Positions 24,970 to 36,758 of a stretch of DNA of 64,000 nt are shown here, one piece after another. Both the position numbers and the translations under genes were made by a program. This DNA comes from Lingula anatina (Eukaryota > Animalia > Brachiopoda), in assembly GCA_051362555.1 (NCBI GenBank), contig CM120644.1, positions 9,246,954 to 9,310,953 of the forward strand, in the 5' to 3' direction. The first letter of the stretch is position 1. The number at the start of each line of letters is the position of its first letter. The notes under the pieces are model-generated. The model had not been told where the DNA came from, did no database searches, and saw nothing but the letters and a program-made list of their open reading frames with translations.

Positions 24970-26982
24970 ATGGTTCCAGGAGGTCTCCTTTTCTGTACAA
25001 GTTTGCTGGTCGTTGTACCCTCAATATGCCAAGGAGCATGTTCCATCAATCACTACTGCTCAGAATGTGCCAATTATACTAAGGAAGGACAGACAAAATG
25101 GAGATTTTACTGTAACCCTTACGGATACCATATAGATCCTTCACACTTTACGGCTACCAACGATACGGTTGAATTATTTCAAGTCAAATATTTTTCTACT
25201 CCTACTATACGCAGTGGCGCTTTCCGAAATATCCCTAATACCGTACGTGTAGACATTTGGAACACGCAAGGCAACAATCTTTCTATAGAATCATTCGCTT
25301 TCCACTACGGTGTACAGAATAGCCTGCAAACTTTGATGTTTCGGAGCTCCTACCTCTACGCAGTCCCTCCAGCCATAACGTATCTAACGGCTTTACAGGA
25401 GCTGGACCTTGGAAGCAACAGAATAACTGGTGACCCATATAATTACCTTAGTTACCTGACATCACTCCAGTCGCTGTGGCTTGACAACAACCGTCTATAT
25501 AGTAGTATCCCAGCATCCTTGGAGCATCTACCCAATCTCCGGAAATTGTCACTCGAAAGCTGCTACCTAAACCGGAGTTCTGTTACGTCATTCGGCAAGC
25601 TGCCCAGGTCGTTAGAGTGGCTGAACCTTTATAATAATTACCACCTTTATGAAGTGCCTCCGGGTATTGGCCTGCTTCGGAATCTGACCTATTTAAACAT
25701 GAGGTACTGTAATCTGAACTCTCTGCCGGGCAATGTCTTCGCCAATTTGAACAAGTTGGAGATCTTAGATCTAAGTCATAATCCAAACCTTGCTTCATAT
25801 CTTGATATTCTTGTCAATCAGAAGTCTTTGAAAGTCCTTAGACTTTCCAACAGCGGTTCCTCTTTGACAGACATACCTAATGCAATACTAGGAATGGAAA
25901 AGATGGAAGAACTTGACTTAAGCAGTAATAAAATACGAGGAGTAAATCAAAACCATTTTGCTAAAATGGTACAGTTAAGGAAACTCAATCTGGCCAACAA
26001 TAAAATAGCTTCTCTTGACCCGCTGTCATTCCAATATTGTGACCAGCTGGAAGAACTGGACCTTAGAAATAACCTGATACGGGAAGTCAGCCCAATCCAT
26101 TTTGTTGCACAGGTACGGTTGAGAAAGATCAATATGGAATACAACAGGATCCACTTCCTTGGTCCACGGTTGTTTCAAAATTGTCAAAATTTGAAGTATG
26201 TTGACTTTTCGTACAATTTGATCACCGCAATCGATCAAAATGTATTTATCGGCCCGTCACAGTCTTTGAGGTATATCGACTTAAGCAATAATAAATATGA
26301 CACGTTTCACAGGTGTATAGTTGCAAAACTAGAGCAATTTCAAACATTCTACCTCTCAACTGATTATTTTACTTGCGATTGCCGTTTAGCCTGGATCCGA
26401 CAGCTTTCTTACCAATACGGTTCCAGGATATCTGTCAGTGGGACCTGTTATCAACCAAGAGAGCTATACGATCGGGATCTGTCTTCATATCCACTAGATG
26501 GTTGCACACTTGAAGACGAAAGTTTTGAAAGCTGCAACATTGTAACAACAACTCCACCCGATACAAAGACGGAACCCACGCCTACTAGTAAGCCTTTGAA
26601 TTCGGCCCAACTATCCAGTCTCCAAAAAAACCTCAGCAACGTTCAAACTATCACATCTGTGTCGGTTTCTGTCGCTGTTGTCGCCATCGTGGCATCCGTC
26701 GCTACTCATGTCGTATTGCTGACGTGCTTCTTCAAGAGACGAAATCGAGTGCCCTCAAATGGGAGGAGCCAGGGTCACATCAACCAAAGTCTCCAGCTAT
26801 CGGAAGGGGTCGAGGGTGAAAGGTCGCCTGAAGGTAAAAGTTCTGGAGATCATTTGTATCAAAACACGGTTGGAATGGCCAGCAGCGCCCCCAGTGGCGC
26901 CTATGAACCTCTGAGGAAAGATGGGCGGGGTTTGACACAACATAGAGGCCATTACGCCTCCACCACTGTAGTTCATAAGTAA
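24970..26982 (+). CDS. G2: type I membrane LRR receptor, long-ectodomain form with two extra LRRs (670 aa)
   Basis: Same architecture as G1. Acceptor cccattttAG (24959-24960) lies 9 nt before the ATG. Extra LRRs LRKINMEYNRI and LKYVDFSYNLI. Tail carries YQNT, YEPL and HYAS. Confidence 0.93.
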   Translation: MVPGGLLFCTSLLVVVPSICQGACSINHYCSECANYTKEGQTKWRFYCNPYGYHIDPSHFTATNDTVELFQVKYFSTPTIRSGAFRNIPNTVRVDIWNTQGNNLSIESFAFHYGVQNSLQTLMFRSSYLYAVPPAITYLTALQELDLGSNRITGDPYNYLSYLTSLQSLWLDNNRLYSSIPASLEHLPNLRKLSLESCYLNRSSVTSFGKLPRSLEWLNLYNNYHLYEVPPGIGLLRNLTYLNMRYCNLNSLPGNVFANLNKLEILDLSHNPNLASYLDILVNQKSLKVLRLSNSGSSLTDIPNAILGMEKMEELDLSSNKIRGVNQNHFAKMVQLRKLNLANNKIASLDPLSFQYCDQLEELDLRNNLIREVSPIHFVAQVRLRKINMEYNRIHFLGPRLFQNCQNLKYVDFSYNLITAIDQNVFIGPSQSLRYIDLSNNKYDTFHRCIVAKLEQFQTFYLSTDYFTCDCRLAWIRQLSYQYGSRISVSGTCYQPRELYDRDLSSYPLDGCTLEDESFESCNIVTTTPPDTKTEPTPTSKPLNSAQLSSLQKNLSNVQTITSVSVSVAVVAIVASVATHVVLLTCFFKRRNRVPSNGRSQGHINQSLQLSEGVEGERSPEGKSSGDHLYQNTVGMASSAPSGAYEPLRKDGRGLTQHRGHYASTTVVHK

Positions 26983-28159
26983 AGAGTAAAATATTCCACC
27001 TTGTTTGCCTTGTGCTATGTTATATCTGCTATAGTAAATATTTACAATGCAATTTGTTTTTAGGAGTGAACCAACAGTTACCCAGTTCGTAGTAATTTTC
27101 TGATTAATAAAATATTGAATTAATCAGATCTTGTGATGATATCCACATCACGATTTATTAGGCTTGTAAAAACATATAGGAACTACCCCATAAAAATCTA
27201 ATGTATATAAATAATGTCAGATCACGGGTGTGCCAATGTTCACTAGTGTTTTAGTGTAGAACCTGCACTTGCCCACTGCATACACTCTTGATAAAGGAAA
27301 AAATATCCCAGCGCTTTCTCTTTAATATCCCCAGTCATATTTACTGGACAGGGTTTAATTTGTTACGTCAGCATCAAATACTTAATTTTTAGGCTGAAAT
27401 CTGTCACAAATATATGTAACTCTAACCGCCTATACGTACATTATTCAGTATGTACAGTACAGTCAGAAGTATGCACAGATATATCGCTGTTGTTTGAAAT
27501 ATTGTCACTGTGCTTTAGTAAGAAACGACTGCATGTTTATAGCTACGAATGAGTCCACACTTATATTTGTGTTTTGCTCGATTAATGAACAATTTAGTTT
27601 GCATATAATGTCTTTATTCAATTTTGCCAAAGCTTTTATAACCAAAGGTCCAAATGAAAATTTATCCAAGTTTCTATAATCAGTTATCAAATGTTGTGTT
27701 ATTTTCGAAGGAGCGCCGATAGAAAAAGTTTATTCATATAATTGAGCAGTAAAGAATATTTAATAACAAGAAAAAGGAATTTTTGTAAAGAAAGCACATT
27801 ATTAATATTAACAAAAGCATCACCTTGTCTTACTTTCTGTCGTGACTAAGAAATTCAAGGGGAGCCACGAGTATAGCCTATTAACAAACAGTTCATGGAA
27901 TGTCCACTTATGAAATATTCTTTCAAGATTTAACAATCTTCTTTTTTTTAAGTGTTGGAGTTTACAGAGAATAATATAAGTAAATAAAAAGGTCTTTGAT
28001 TACTTAAACAATAGACTGAGTGATCCGAGATCTATTCCTTATTGTTGAATTCGATAATGATTGCCTTATTATTTTAAAAGTGTGCTTACTTTGCGTGATA
28101 AAGAGAGCAGTTGCTTGAGATATCAATTGTTTATTATTTGTCAAATATTTCGGAAATAT

Positions 28160-28801
28160 GTCATGCATGTGAAAATAGTTTATTGTCGTTATTATTTATT
28201 TATGTAATGAATATAATATGAATGTGACTTTTTGGCTGCCCTCTTCCCCTTAAAACAATGGAAATCAGCACACAAAAAAATCTCATTAATGTTGTATATA
28301 CCAGCACCACTCAAAAAGTCAAAAATCCACCAATAGCCTGAAAAATCTCAACAACACTTCCCTTCAAGAAATCGACTTAAAGACGTTTTTTCGCTGTTTT
28401 GCCCGCCATGCCCATCATAAACACTGTGTTGTCAAGTAAAATGAAGCGTCTGATACAAAGTTTTAAACGCGGCATTCACGTGCTTGCTTGCGATGCCTTC
28501 AGTACACTTTGTTTACACGGACAAGTCGAGGTCAGAAATGTATATTTTTTTTCTGTATAATGTTGCGCAGTTTAAATTTTGAATAGTGAATTTTCTTCAA
28601 TCTGTATGGCCATTTACTGAACATTTGTATAAGCTACGAAATATTTCTCATCGGAAAATCACCCAGCAGCTTTCCAAGTATAAGTGAGTGACGATGCACT
28701 TCCGGTTTTCGATTGATAAAACAGACTGAAATGTCGTTAGAGACGATTGGCGATGCGCTGAAATTGCGCAAATCGTCAAATTACGTAACGACCGATCTAC
28801 C
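28160..28801 (-). mobile_element. Independent, inverted and truncated copy of the same TTAA element
   Basis: Reverse complement of much of ~8553-9360, with internal indels, ending ttacgtaacgaccgatctacc-TTAA. It is inserted at a site that is empty (gttaaagggacattttgg) at ~4552. Confidence 0.8.
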
Positions 28802-29303
28802 TTAAAGGGGCATTTTGGAAAGGATTAATGCAAATTAATGTGAGGTAACTTAAGCACTGTCTGTTGGTTCACTTTATAAGTAACCAATATATCATTGACA
28901 TCTTTCACAAGCGTTCATCAATATATTTGTTGTGGGTACGCAGACACGTGGTATATTTCTGTGTGAACTGTCCAGTGCGGTCTGAGTAGTGTTTCAACAT
29001 ATTAAAATATCATGTGACTGGTCACTCGACTAGTATTATTATTATATAGAAGGTGATGAGGAAAAGATTTTAGAGCTGGGTCATTCGAAGGCTCTTTCGC
29101 ATTCCGTGATGCAAAAAGAGAATGTTAATATTTCCCTCCCACCCTACAATTTTGGAGGATTTTTACTTTATCAATAAAAAATTGTTATAAAAAAACTATA
29201 CTCAAGAACTCCGCATTATTTTTCTATTATTTTATTACCTTTTTTAAGACGATTTTCGTTTTAAAGATATTTGATTTCGTTGTTTTGTTCAAAGTTTGTT
29301 GAG

Positions 29304-29305
<2 letters not shown>

Positions 29306-29357
<52 letters not shown>
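29306..29357. repeat. (AAT)n microsatellite
   Basis: Read directly. Confidence 0.95.
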
Positions 29358-29359
<2 letters not shown>

Positions 29360-31521
29360 TAGCAAGAATATATGGTTTTCAATTTTCATCAATGACTGTC
29401 TTTATTGCAATACGTTCAACCGGAAATAAAGCACGCGGAACGAAACGAGCACTTCCACCCCTAACACTGTGTCTGTGTTTATACTTTAAATGTTTTATGT
29501 TCGTTTGAGTGTAACGAATTAAAACGTAAGTATTTGTATAAGCATCATACACCGAGTGCCGCGTACAGATTATGGAATGGTCACGATTGCCATGCTTAAA
29601 GAACACGTGGCTTAAATTGTTTATTATTTATCTTTGAACGTCACCGTATAGTATGGGGGTCAAGTTATATTTTTCTCACAGGTTCCTACTCACTGGAACT
29701 TCAACTCAATGCAAATTTTGAAGAAATAATTATTTTGAAAAAATGTGAATACGGATTGATTCATAGAGACTTTAGTGACATTAAAAACGGAAGGCGATGT
29801 AACACAGGACACGTATGATTTTACACAAACTTTGAAGAAAGAATCATTTTGAAAAAATGTAAAAAACGATTAATTTATAAGAGGCTATAGTGACATTTAA
29901 CACGGACGGCGATGTGACACACGTCACGCCTCTTGGGAAATAAAAATGACTTCACGACTAACTAAAATATCCAATGGGACCCTGACACTATCTGCAGTTA
30001 CCGGTAAATGAGTTCAGACGGAAGATATTTATACTAATTACAATCTAACTAGCCTGATAGGGATATCAGAGGAAATAGAGGCAGCGAGGTACTGTACACG
30101 GTAGCCCTAACTACCAGACATTTGTTGGTCAACGGTGAACTTTCACAAAATATGTGTTTTGTGCTTTCGATTCAATGGAAATCAAAAGAAAGAATAAAAT
30201 AAAGAGGGATTTCGCGGGATTGAGGGGAGAGTTGGCTCATATATAAGGGCAGACTAGCAAATGCTAAGTGGCAACGATATAAAGCCCGACAAAATTGATG
30301 TACATATTTTTTCGGGTTGTTTTATCTTAAGCTCTTTTTAATTGCAGTTTATTGAACGACAGTGTGAATACACCATGATTTGCGTGCCACTGATGTTTTG
30401 CTATCGAGTGGTGCATATATAGTTTCACCCTTATCGCTGAAAAGGTTATCCCACCTCACGTGTATTTTTGCCTATTTTGCAGTTCACTATGACGTCACTT
30501 AGTGCCGAAAGCCCCATTTTAGGATAGCACATTGCAAGTCTATACTTAGCAAAGTACATGTATACTAACACGCTGGCAGCATTTTCGCAGTGGCTTCGAG
30601 TAGCAGCTCTCAGTCGTTTGATGATGTAATCATAGTCGATTTCCGATCCTTAATGTTCCTGTCTGAACGCTATTAATGTGTAACTAAAATTGGGGAACCG
30701 CGTTAAGAACAACTGACAGTTATTTATATACAGAGCATAATTTCCTCTGTTTTCACATACTACAAAGAAATATCCTCAATTTACATGAAAATACATTTTC
30801 ATACTTGTATTACGTTTGCATCGAAGGAAACCTTGCAAAACCATTGCAATCATAATATAAATGTGTCACTGTATTTAATTTTAAGTCTGCTATATCTACT
30901 TTGGTAATCTATCACCCTGGTGGTCAGCATTCAGAACTGCAGACTAACTAGTTCGCGGATCAAATTTGACCGACCCACTTTTGAACCCCTGTTGCATAAT
31001 CGCTGTGGGAAATCTATTCAGTGTCTATTAAAGGATTAGACGGCAAGCTTTTAAGTGGGTGGTCATTTTTGATCTGCGGCTCTGAAGGCGGCTTAAGAGT
31101 GCATTCACAACCAGTCGATCCGCAAACTAACTAGTCCAAGGATCAAATATGCTGGGCACTTGAATCCCTAACAATAATGTAATCCATAGGCCTACTCCGC
31201 CTCCCTCAAGAGATTAAGAAGTGGTCTCAATGAACCCATTTAAATTGGGTGTATCTTCCTGAAAACAGATTATCATTTATTTCCTGCCGCCATAAAAGTT
31301 AGAAGTATCATACATGTAAGTTATAAATGATAACAACACATACATGTTTACTTCACGGGATTATGATTATTGAGAAACAACGTAAAAACAAGGTTGTAAA
31401 GATAAGAATTTGGGAAGTTGGATGTTTTGTGTATCAATAGTTAACCACGAACAAACAAATATAAGAATACCGCAAGTAAAAAGCAGCTACCAAGTACAAC
31501 TATAAAATTATATCATCCGAC

Positions 31522-31697
31522 CTGACAAGTGAAGCTATACGGTAAAAGTGTGTATTCTAGTGCACTCGGTTTAGTCATCTAGCTAACAACCGACAGACAC
31601 GGGTATCATATGCAGAGGCTTGTGGAATACGTGTCAGAAGGAGACATATACAGTTGCTTCTTTATATTGATGTCCTTGTCTAAACAACTTGGTAAGT
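31522..31697 (+). promoter_or_regulatory. Class A promoter and first exon of G3; donor at 31692
   Basis: 28-mer at 31606-31633; ttg|GTAAGT; nearly identical to the G2 block. Confidence 0.55.
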
Positions 31698-34215
31698 AGT
31701 ATAGGTGTATTTTTCGTTCATATGCTGAATATATTACTTTCTTATCTCAATAGAAAGAGCAACAGGTGTTTGGTAAAACAAATGATTGCTGGGTGTCATT
31801 TTGTTTCACTTACCAATAGTTTTACTTATCAATGTGCAGAAAGCTATGAAGAACAATGGCGATCAAAGACATAACTGCGCATTGCGAAGGCAGTTCCTCA
31901 GCACAACCATTGCAATTAAACTGGCAATTCAGAGTGCATCAATTGCTCTTCCTTTAACAAACAAACTGATCATTCTTTAACATGCAAACTTTACAACCGT
32001 CGTCAAGCAAAGAGGCAGTGCTAGGACCCGTGTTCCTTAGTAAATATATTTTGCTCTCGGAATTAAAGACAAAGTAGGCGAATTGCCATCGATCAATAGT
32101 CTAAGGAAACTACAATTAGGAGAATTAATTGTATTTATGTAGCAAATGGTTTGTTTAAGTGGTGCTATTAACTTTTTGGTAATACATCAACGTTTTGTTT
32201 GGGTCTTGTGTCTGCACATTTTGACCTTAAGTAGTTGACCAAGACAAGGTGGTAACAGATGTCCAGGGTTAAAGAATGTCTTAGCTGCTGTGTATCAAGG
32301 CACACACAAGTATATTCTATGAAAGATGTTTTGGAGATTAATTCCATCGAGCTGCATTCAGTGAGAAGTCATTCAGCTTTGTAGCTGCGGATATATTTAC
32401 CCGCAGTTTTAGCAGCTACACTGTATTATTACTTACGTTTCTTTATTGTTATTTGTACACTGGTTACCAGTCATCACTTTCAAGATTTGGGGACGACTAT
32501 TTGTTACTTGGTGACTATTTTCTTCGGATTATTCAGTTTTCCCCAGCCACCAGTTTTGGTATTCTAGATTCAGCGCCGGCTGTTAACGGTTATTTGTTAC
32601 TTGGTGACTTTGTTTTATTTGGACAATATTCACTTTTCTCCAGTCACCAGTATTTGTTATTCAAGTTTCGGCGACGGCTGTTTCCTTTTTCTGGATGACT
32701 TCAAGTTTTGGATCACACACAGGCTAGTATTTCTTTATTTGTTTTCATTTTCCCCTCTTTTTTCACGTGTTCTTATCAATACATTTATAATTGTTGTGTT
32801 ATGCAACTACAGTTGTTACAGTGCCGCCGGAATCTCCCCTTACTTACCCTCCGGGTCGCTGCGGGTTGTACGGACGGCCTGGCTCGGTAACTATGGAAAT
32901 AACATTGTCATCCATACGCTGTTTGGTTTCTGTTAACAATAGTTCCATACCCTGCCCGTCGGGCAATTATCGTGACAAACTTTCTGCTAACAAAAGAGCC
33001 TAACCCTAGCTCGCTGAGATAAAGATCGAAGGTGAGCGTGGTCGCAATTAAGTGTTCGTCCAAGCGTTAATTGACCTTTAATGCGCGGTGGCTTCACTCT
33101 ACTTTGATCACTCTACTCTGATACGGAGATTTTAAGTATAAGAACTTGCCAACAGTGATTTTTAAAAGTCGCTTTACCAAAAAGATTCGGTGATGACAGC
33201 AATTTTCGTGTACATTGTAGCTATGAATTGATTGAATTTACATAGAGTTTAATAAATGAATTTATGAATTTATTAAAGATCAAATAAAACACTACTTGTA
33301 CATGTAATATTTATTAGGCTTCAAACTGTCTTTCCTATATACATATTATTAACAAGATTGACATTTATTTTTATAGTATGTCCTTATATTTCTATTAGTT
33401 TTGTTCATAGACGAAATGCATTTTTTCTAAAAAGACTTGTCAGTTGTTTCAGTGATAAACATTTTGTTAGCCATATCTTTAATATAGTTCAGTCTATATT
33501 TGCTTATAGGATCTCTCCCATCTACACCCGTAACATTTCTGTCCTTTCGTATTCGTTCATCAATCGTAAACAACCTCCCCATCAACTGAACGCAAAAGTT
33601 GCCTGGGGAACTGGCCCGTTGTCGAATTTCGAATATTTCTTTATTTGACAAGGCGACGGGTGGCCGGCCGAAAGACCGATTCCTTGATTCTGTAGGACAC
33701 AAAGTAGGAACTGTTTCTCTATCATTGTTTGATAGGAATAGTTCATCTTTACGATCTAAAGCCCAAACTTAACCAAAAGCCTTCTTCATACTTAAACGCA
33801 TCAAAAGAAATTAATTTAAAAAACTGGATTACAATCTCTCGGGCTAACTTCACTGGTTGGCACGTGTCATCTCACATTAATTAACAATCAGTTCAGGTTA
33901 GCTTTATTCATGCTGGGTAAACACAGTGATTAAGCCCTGACTATTACATAATCACTACTGTGTGACACGCGTCGTCTAAAATTAATGTTAACATTGCGAT
34001 GACGCTCTTCAATCCAAAATAATCAATTGCACATAATTCTAAATCAACTGACACGTGTCAACAGGATTGTTTGTGTATCTGGACTTCCTAAATGGCCAAT
34101 AAGTATTTTGTTTAATATGACCTGTTTATGTCACTGATTTCCATGCCATCGTGTCACCTGCCAAGTGAACGGTATAAATCGACACTCAGATTTTCCAAAT
34201 CATCACAATTCCAAG

Positions 34216-34551
34216 ATGCTTCTAAGCGATTACGTGCGTCTGCGTATCATCGCCCTCCGAGAACAAGGGGTGCGAATTAAAAACATAACCGCACAAATGG
34301 AAAATGAAGGCCATAAAGTGTCGCGACAAGCCATTTACTATGCGTTAAAGAAATACGACGAAGGGCTTGGTATTGCAGAAAAACCACGAAGTGGACGTCC
34401 CTCAAAGGTTGACCTGCGCCACATGAACGTTATAGACGAGGAGATGACCATATAAACGCAGAAAAGTGTATTATACAGTAATAAATATATAAATCACCTA
34501 AAGATGATTCCAGCGGTACTTGAGAGAGAAGGTCGTGCATCAGGCTACTAA
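34216..34551 (+). pseudogene. Internally deleted Tc1-like transposase: N-terminal HTH joined to the C-terminal end
   Basis: MLLSDYVRLRIIALREQG...VSRQAIYYALKKY...KPRSGRPSKV (paired-like HTH plus GRP motif), stop at 34455, then same-frame YINHLKMIPAVLEREGRASGY*, which resembles Tc1 C-termini. The DDE core is absent. Confidence 0.72.
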
Positions 34552-35269
34552 ACTAGCAACACATGTAATAAAGGTAATGAGACATTGATATTTATTTGAT
34601 GTATTAGCTATTTAAAATTTTCCATTTTAACTACGCTTTTGTTGATCGTGACTTATTATCATCAAATAAAATTGTTATACGTGTTTTAAAACTAAGCCTG
34701 ATTTGTTCTAATATTTGACTTGCCTTTACTCGAGTCTTCTGTTGCAGTTGATACATAACCCGGTATTGTTTGCTCGTGTCGATAGCAATCTCTTCGCATC
34801 AGCTATAATAGAAACTTTAAGTGAGGCAATTAAGAAGGGGCAGACCGTGTTCGTTGAACCGACTAATTTGGGTGTCCGATAAGGATTGCTTGGGGATTCC
34901 CCTACCCTGTAATTATCATACGGCCTCTATTGTTCGACCATATGGGGCAGGGTTGTGAAACCATACGGTACACGAAAATTGCAGGGGACATTCCGGCGGC
35001 ACTGTACCTATTTTGTTTAGGTGTCACTCATCATGTTATTCTTAATTTTTTTCTTTTGTGTGCATCTATTTTATTTATGTTTATATTCCTATCGGGCCAG
35101 GTGTTTTTGTAGTTTTCATATTTCCTATTTGCTGGCTGTCATTGACATGCCGTAATCTATTCATATCCTATTTCCGATTGTCTCCGTGTCCGCATTACCA
35201 GGTGTAGTTTTATTAGGGGTTTCTGGTCGACTAGGCAATATGCATTTTTTGGAGTTTTTATGCTCTTTG

Positions 35270-35500
35270 TTCTGGGTGTACTCCCCAGGTTTTTTAACTG
35301 TTTGCCTAGTAGTGAGAGCCCTTTGGTGGTATCTGGTATACTAGGTTCTGGGTGTATTCCCATGTTTTTAACTGTTTGCCTAGTAGTGAGAGCCCTTTTG
35401 TGGTATCTGGTATACTAGGTTCAGGGTGTATTTCCCAGGTTTTTAACTGTTTGCCTAGTAGTGAGAACCCTTAGGTGGTATCTGGTATACTAGGTTTTAA
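35270..35500. repeat. Minisatellite, ~75-bp unit x3
   Basis: gtttttaactgtttgcctagtagtgaga.ccc....gtggtatctggtatactaggtt recurs at ~35289, 35364 and 35439. Confidence 0.9.
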
Positions 35501-36758
35501 TTTTTTTGGGAGCTGTTATGCCCCTATTCTGGGGAGTCGCCCAGCTGTATGTTCGTTTGCCTAGTCGGTTTTCCAGATATCCCTGTTTTTACGTGCACGG
35601 CTAAGCATGGATTTTCTCTGGCGGCGGACTAGGAGATGTTTTTTGCACTTTTTATATCAATATGGCTCCCTTTGTTTTTTATCAGTTCCATCAAACACAT
35701 GTCAAAACTCTACATCCTATCCCACTTGATGTGTAACTCTGTAGTTTCTTTTAACGAATTATATAGTCAAGATTTATCATGTACATGTTTGTGACCTTTT
35801 TCCAAAATCCTGCTTAATGCTGAAACCTACTGATCCGCCTATCTTGTGTGTCTGGCGCTTGCATTCAACAATTTATCGTTGAAAGCACTGTGCATATCAA
35901 GCGCTCTGTGTGTTGTCTGTAGATATGTCTAGCGTATGTACTAAGTTAATCCTTATAAAATATGATTGCCTTTCCGTTTAAACTAGCAGCGTCAGTCATT
36001 TGCTGTTTCATAAGTGTTTTTATTAATTTAAGATATTGTGTACGTTGAGTTTGTAAAAGAAAGTGTCATAAAAAAAATACTAAATGTAAAAGAGGAATTT
36101 TAGCATACAATGTATTCCATGCTTACACTGTATATGTGTTTGGGCTCTTATATCTTAAAATTATCACGCATACACTATATCGGCTACCCCTGAACGTATT
36201 CCATGCAATAAAATGTTATCAATTTTAAATAAATGGTCATAAGGACGGCGCCAAAATCATAAAAAGATTATGAATAAGGCACAGATTACGCATTATTTTT
36301 ATTGTTAAAAAGCTTGAGTACCAGCGCCGTGGAATATAATGTGAAATGTTTTTAATCCACTTCGTGAAATAAATATTGTCCCTATGCATTTTACATGTTT
36401 TAAACAAACTTCACTCAGTTGCTTTAGTACAATTGTTTTCGAAACTTTTTTTCTTTTTAAAATAAGTATTGTCACCTGTACTACATCGATCACTACTAAT
36501 ACTTCTTTCAGTATTATTACTACATGTACTACTAGCATATACTATCTATTTATTTGATGACATGCTTATTATTAGCTTTTTTAATGTTGCTGTACTTGTT
36601 CATTCCTTTCACTGGTGTTCAATGCAATGTTTCAGATAACCTAAAATTGTTGAAAGAATTTTTTTTAAAGAAAACAGCTAATATCTTTTCACCTCTTTAA
36701 CTCTTTGTGTATTTATTTATGTTGATATTGTATTATTTTTCGCCTCCCATTTCAGCGT

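Larger units (their letters stand above)
32108..35703. mobile_element. ~3.6-kb composite insertion in the 5'-UTR intron of G3
   Basis: The G2 intron reads tagtctaaggaa...aactctacatcc almost directly (23891-23935), whereas in G3 these flanks are 3.6 kb apart. The insert contains a repeat shared with ~55517-55760, the Tc1 relic and a minisatellite. Confidence 0.75.

Noticed and set aside
35270-35500. CRISPR-like array
   Set aside because: The units are contiguous with no unique spacers, there are no cas genes and the context is eukaryotic. It is a minisatellite.
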